A stretch of DNA of 64,000 nucleotides from Eisenibacter elegans DSM 3317. GTDB lineage: Bacteria; Bacteroidota; Bacteroidia; Cytophagales; Microscillaceae. Of this stretch, positions 62,549 through 64,000 are shown piece after piece; position 1 is the stretch's first letter; each line of letters starts with the position of its first letter. The position numbers and the translations under genes are program-made. Below the pieces are notes generated by a model. That model did not search any database. It was not told the DNA's origin and worked only from the letters and a program-made list of their open reading frames with translations. The stretch lies in contig NZ_AUMD01000021.1 of the NCBI RefSeq assembly GCF_000430505.1, positions 1 through 64,000 of the forward strand. Reading direction: 5' to 3'.

Positions 62549-62986
62549 ATGAGATTACGCTTTCTCACCAGTATCGTCCCTTGTATTTTGTTAACCTTTC
62601 TCTTGCAGTCTTGTATGGTAGACCTGCCGATATTCAATACCGGCAATACCAACACAGGGAGCGGCCGTACTACTACCAGCGGCCAACGCTCGGGGGCTGT
62701 GCTCAAAGGGGAAGCATCATACTATGCCGACCGGTTCCAGGGCAAGCAAACTGCTAGCGGGGCGCGTTATGATAAAAATAAATTGACAGCAGCTCATAAA
62801 ACTTTGGCCTTTGGTACGAAAGTGCGCGTCCGAAATTTGAAAAATAACCAACAAGTAACAGTGGTTATCAATGACCGTTTGCCGAGTACTTCCAAGCGAG
62901 AAATTGACCTTTCTTACAAGGCCGCCAGTACTATCGGAATGATTCGCGATGGGGTAGTGCCTGTCGAGATTACTATACTTCCCTAA
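62549..62986 (+). CDS. rlpA: RlpA-like septal ring lytic transglycosylase (DPBB domain) lipoprotein.
   Basis: Signal peptide with a lipobox-like 'LQSC'. 'GEASYYADRFQGKQTASGARYD...TLAFGTKVRVRN' double-psi beta-barrel. Confidence 0.8.
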   Translation: MRLRFLTSIVPCILLTFLLQSCMVDLPIFNTGNTNTGSGRTTTSGQRSGAVLKGEASYYADRFQGKQTASGARYDKNKLTAAHKTLAFGTKVRVRNLKNNQQVTVVINDRLPSTSKREIDLSYKAASTIGMIRDGVVPVEITILP

Positions 62987-63006
62987 CCCCAACCCTATTT
63001 TTTGTA

Positions 63007-63828
63007 ATGAATCTAGCAACAGCCCTCGTAACCGGCGCTGCCGGAGGTATTGGCTTTGAGTTGGCCAAGCTACTCTGTCTCGACGGCCATACAGTCATCT
63101 TGGTAGACATTGACGCTGGGCGCTTGGCTGCCGCTCAAGAGGCGCTCACACCTTTGGCCAAAGCGCCTCTCCATACTATTGCTCAAGACCTTACTGAGGC
63201 TCAGGCTGCCCAGCGTATTTATGAAACCCTAGAAGCTCAGGGCTTACAAGTTGATATACTAATCAACAATGCAGGGTTGGGAGATTTTGGTTTTTTTGCC
63301 GAAGCCCATTGGCCCAAACAAGAAACCATTATCAAGCTTAATATCTTGGCGCTGACTCACCTGACCCACCTGCTCATCCCGGGAATGATAGCCCGAAAAC
63401 AAGGCCGAATAATGAATGTGGCCTCTATGGCAGCGTTTCAGCCTAGCCCTTTGATGTCTATCTACTTTGCCAGCAAGGCATTTGTGTTATCGTTTTCGGA
63501 GGCTTTGTCGAGCGAGCTTCGCCCCCACGGCATCAGTGTAACCGTGCTCTGTCCGGGAACTACCCGTACGGGCTTTCAGGCTGCTGTAGGAGCCGGAACC
63601 CCCGAGATGTCGGACAAGAAGTGGGCCTATGCCTCTGCCGAAGAGGTAGCGCTATACGGCTACCGCGCCATGATGCGAGGAACTACCATCGCCATACACG
63701 GCACAGTCAACAAGCTTTTGGTGTTTTTACAGCGTTTATTGCCGCGTAAAGTGGTGGTCAAAATGGTACGAAGAGGCCAAGAACGTAATCGCCGTGCTTT
63801 GGTACGAGCCCAACAGGCAAAAGCCTAG
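63007..63828 (+). CDS. SDR-family oxidoreductase.
   Basis: 'ALVTGAAGGIGFELA', 'NNAG', 'YFASKAF'. Confidence 0.85.
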   Translation: MNLATALVTGAAGGIGFELAKLLCLDGHTVILVDIDAGRLAAAQEALTPLAKAPLHTIAQDLTEAQAAQRIYETLEAQGLQVDILINNAGLGDFGFFAEAHWPKQETIIKLNILALTHLTHLLIPGMIARKQGRIMNVASMAAFQPSPLMSIYFASKAFVLSFSEALSSELRPHGISVTVLCPGTTRTGFQAAVGAGTPEMSDKKWAYASAEEVALYGYRAMMRGTTIAIHGTVNKLLVFLQRLLPRKVVVKMVRRGQERNRRALVRAQQAKA

Positions 63829-63834
63829 TAGGAG

Positions 63835-64000
63835 CTAGGCATTGTCTTGCTCCAAGTTGAGTGTTTGTTCAAAATCGACTATACGCGCACTCTCCTCCAG
63901 CGATATTTTCTTACCGGCTTTAAAACCAATGATGAGCACATCATCCGTCTGCTTGATATCACCCTGCCATTCCCGTAGGGTTTTTTCTAGTATCTTGGCC
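63835..64000 (-). CDS. C-terminal end of a CDS whose 5' part lies beyond the window edge. Probably a PP2C/SpoIIE-type phosphatase domain.
   Basis: Minus-strand frame reads '...EWQGDIKQTDDVLIIGFKAGKKISLEESARIVDFEQTLNLEQDNA*'. 'DDVLIIGFK' mirrors the C-terminus of the SpoIIE protein at 33110. Confidence 0.45.
   Translation of the reverse strand, partial: AKILEKTLREWQGDIKQTDDVLIIGFKAGKKISLEESARIVDFEQTLNLEQDNA

Overview
The window is a Bacteroidota-type chromosomal segment with moderate-to-high GC. Supporting this assignment: a Por/T9SS C-terminal sorting domain on a large FN3 protein, a GldF-like ABC-2 permease, lipoproteins, many secreted proteins, and no Shine-Dalgarno dependence. It opens at the 3' end of an rRNA operon, with 5S rRNA and an intrinsic terminator. 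The rest is mostly housekeeping genes: phosphohexomutase, dapD, metH with an upstream SAM-I riboswitch, a copA-type P1B ATPase, gap, deoC, trpD, rlmB, rluD, two SDRs, panE and a fused CoA-transferase. Several accessory islands interrupt this backbone.

The most unusual region is 17.4-19.9 kb. It encodes a bacterial homologue of the eukaryotic major vault protein (MVP repeats, then an SPFH-like shoulder, then a cap-helix coiled coil). The gene is split by a single in-frame TAA at 18948-18950, at a position that aligns inside conserved MVP sequence. It is followed by an NTF2-like protein and a UGT-like GT1 glycosyltransferase. This three-gene block is bracketed by two direct copies of a ~90-105 bp MITE-like repeat.

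That repeat occurs at least five times in the window, always intergenic, with 'TA|CCCAA...TTGG|TA' ends.

Other accessory content:
- An Eco29kI-like type II R-M pair: an overlapping GIY-YIG endonuclease and a C5-cytosine methyltransferase.
- A decayed low-GC insertion at ~54.2-56.6 kb: an AT-rich tract, a truncated ABC ATPase with a degenerate Walker A, a low-GC lipase, a frameshifted Crp/Fnr regulator and an IS transposase N-terminal remnant.
- A secreted TPR + caspase-like (C14) protein next to a secreted papain-like C1 peptidase.
- A 1244-aa outer-membrane protein encoded divergently from a T9SS cargo gene.

No CRISPR array and no tRNA were recognised.
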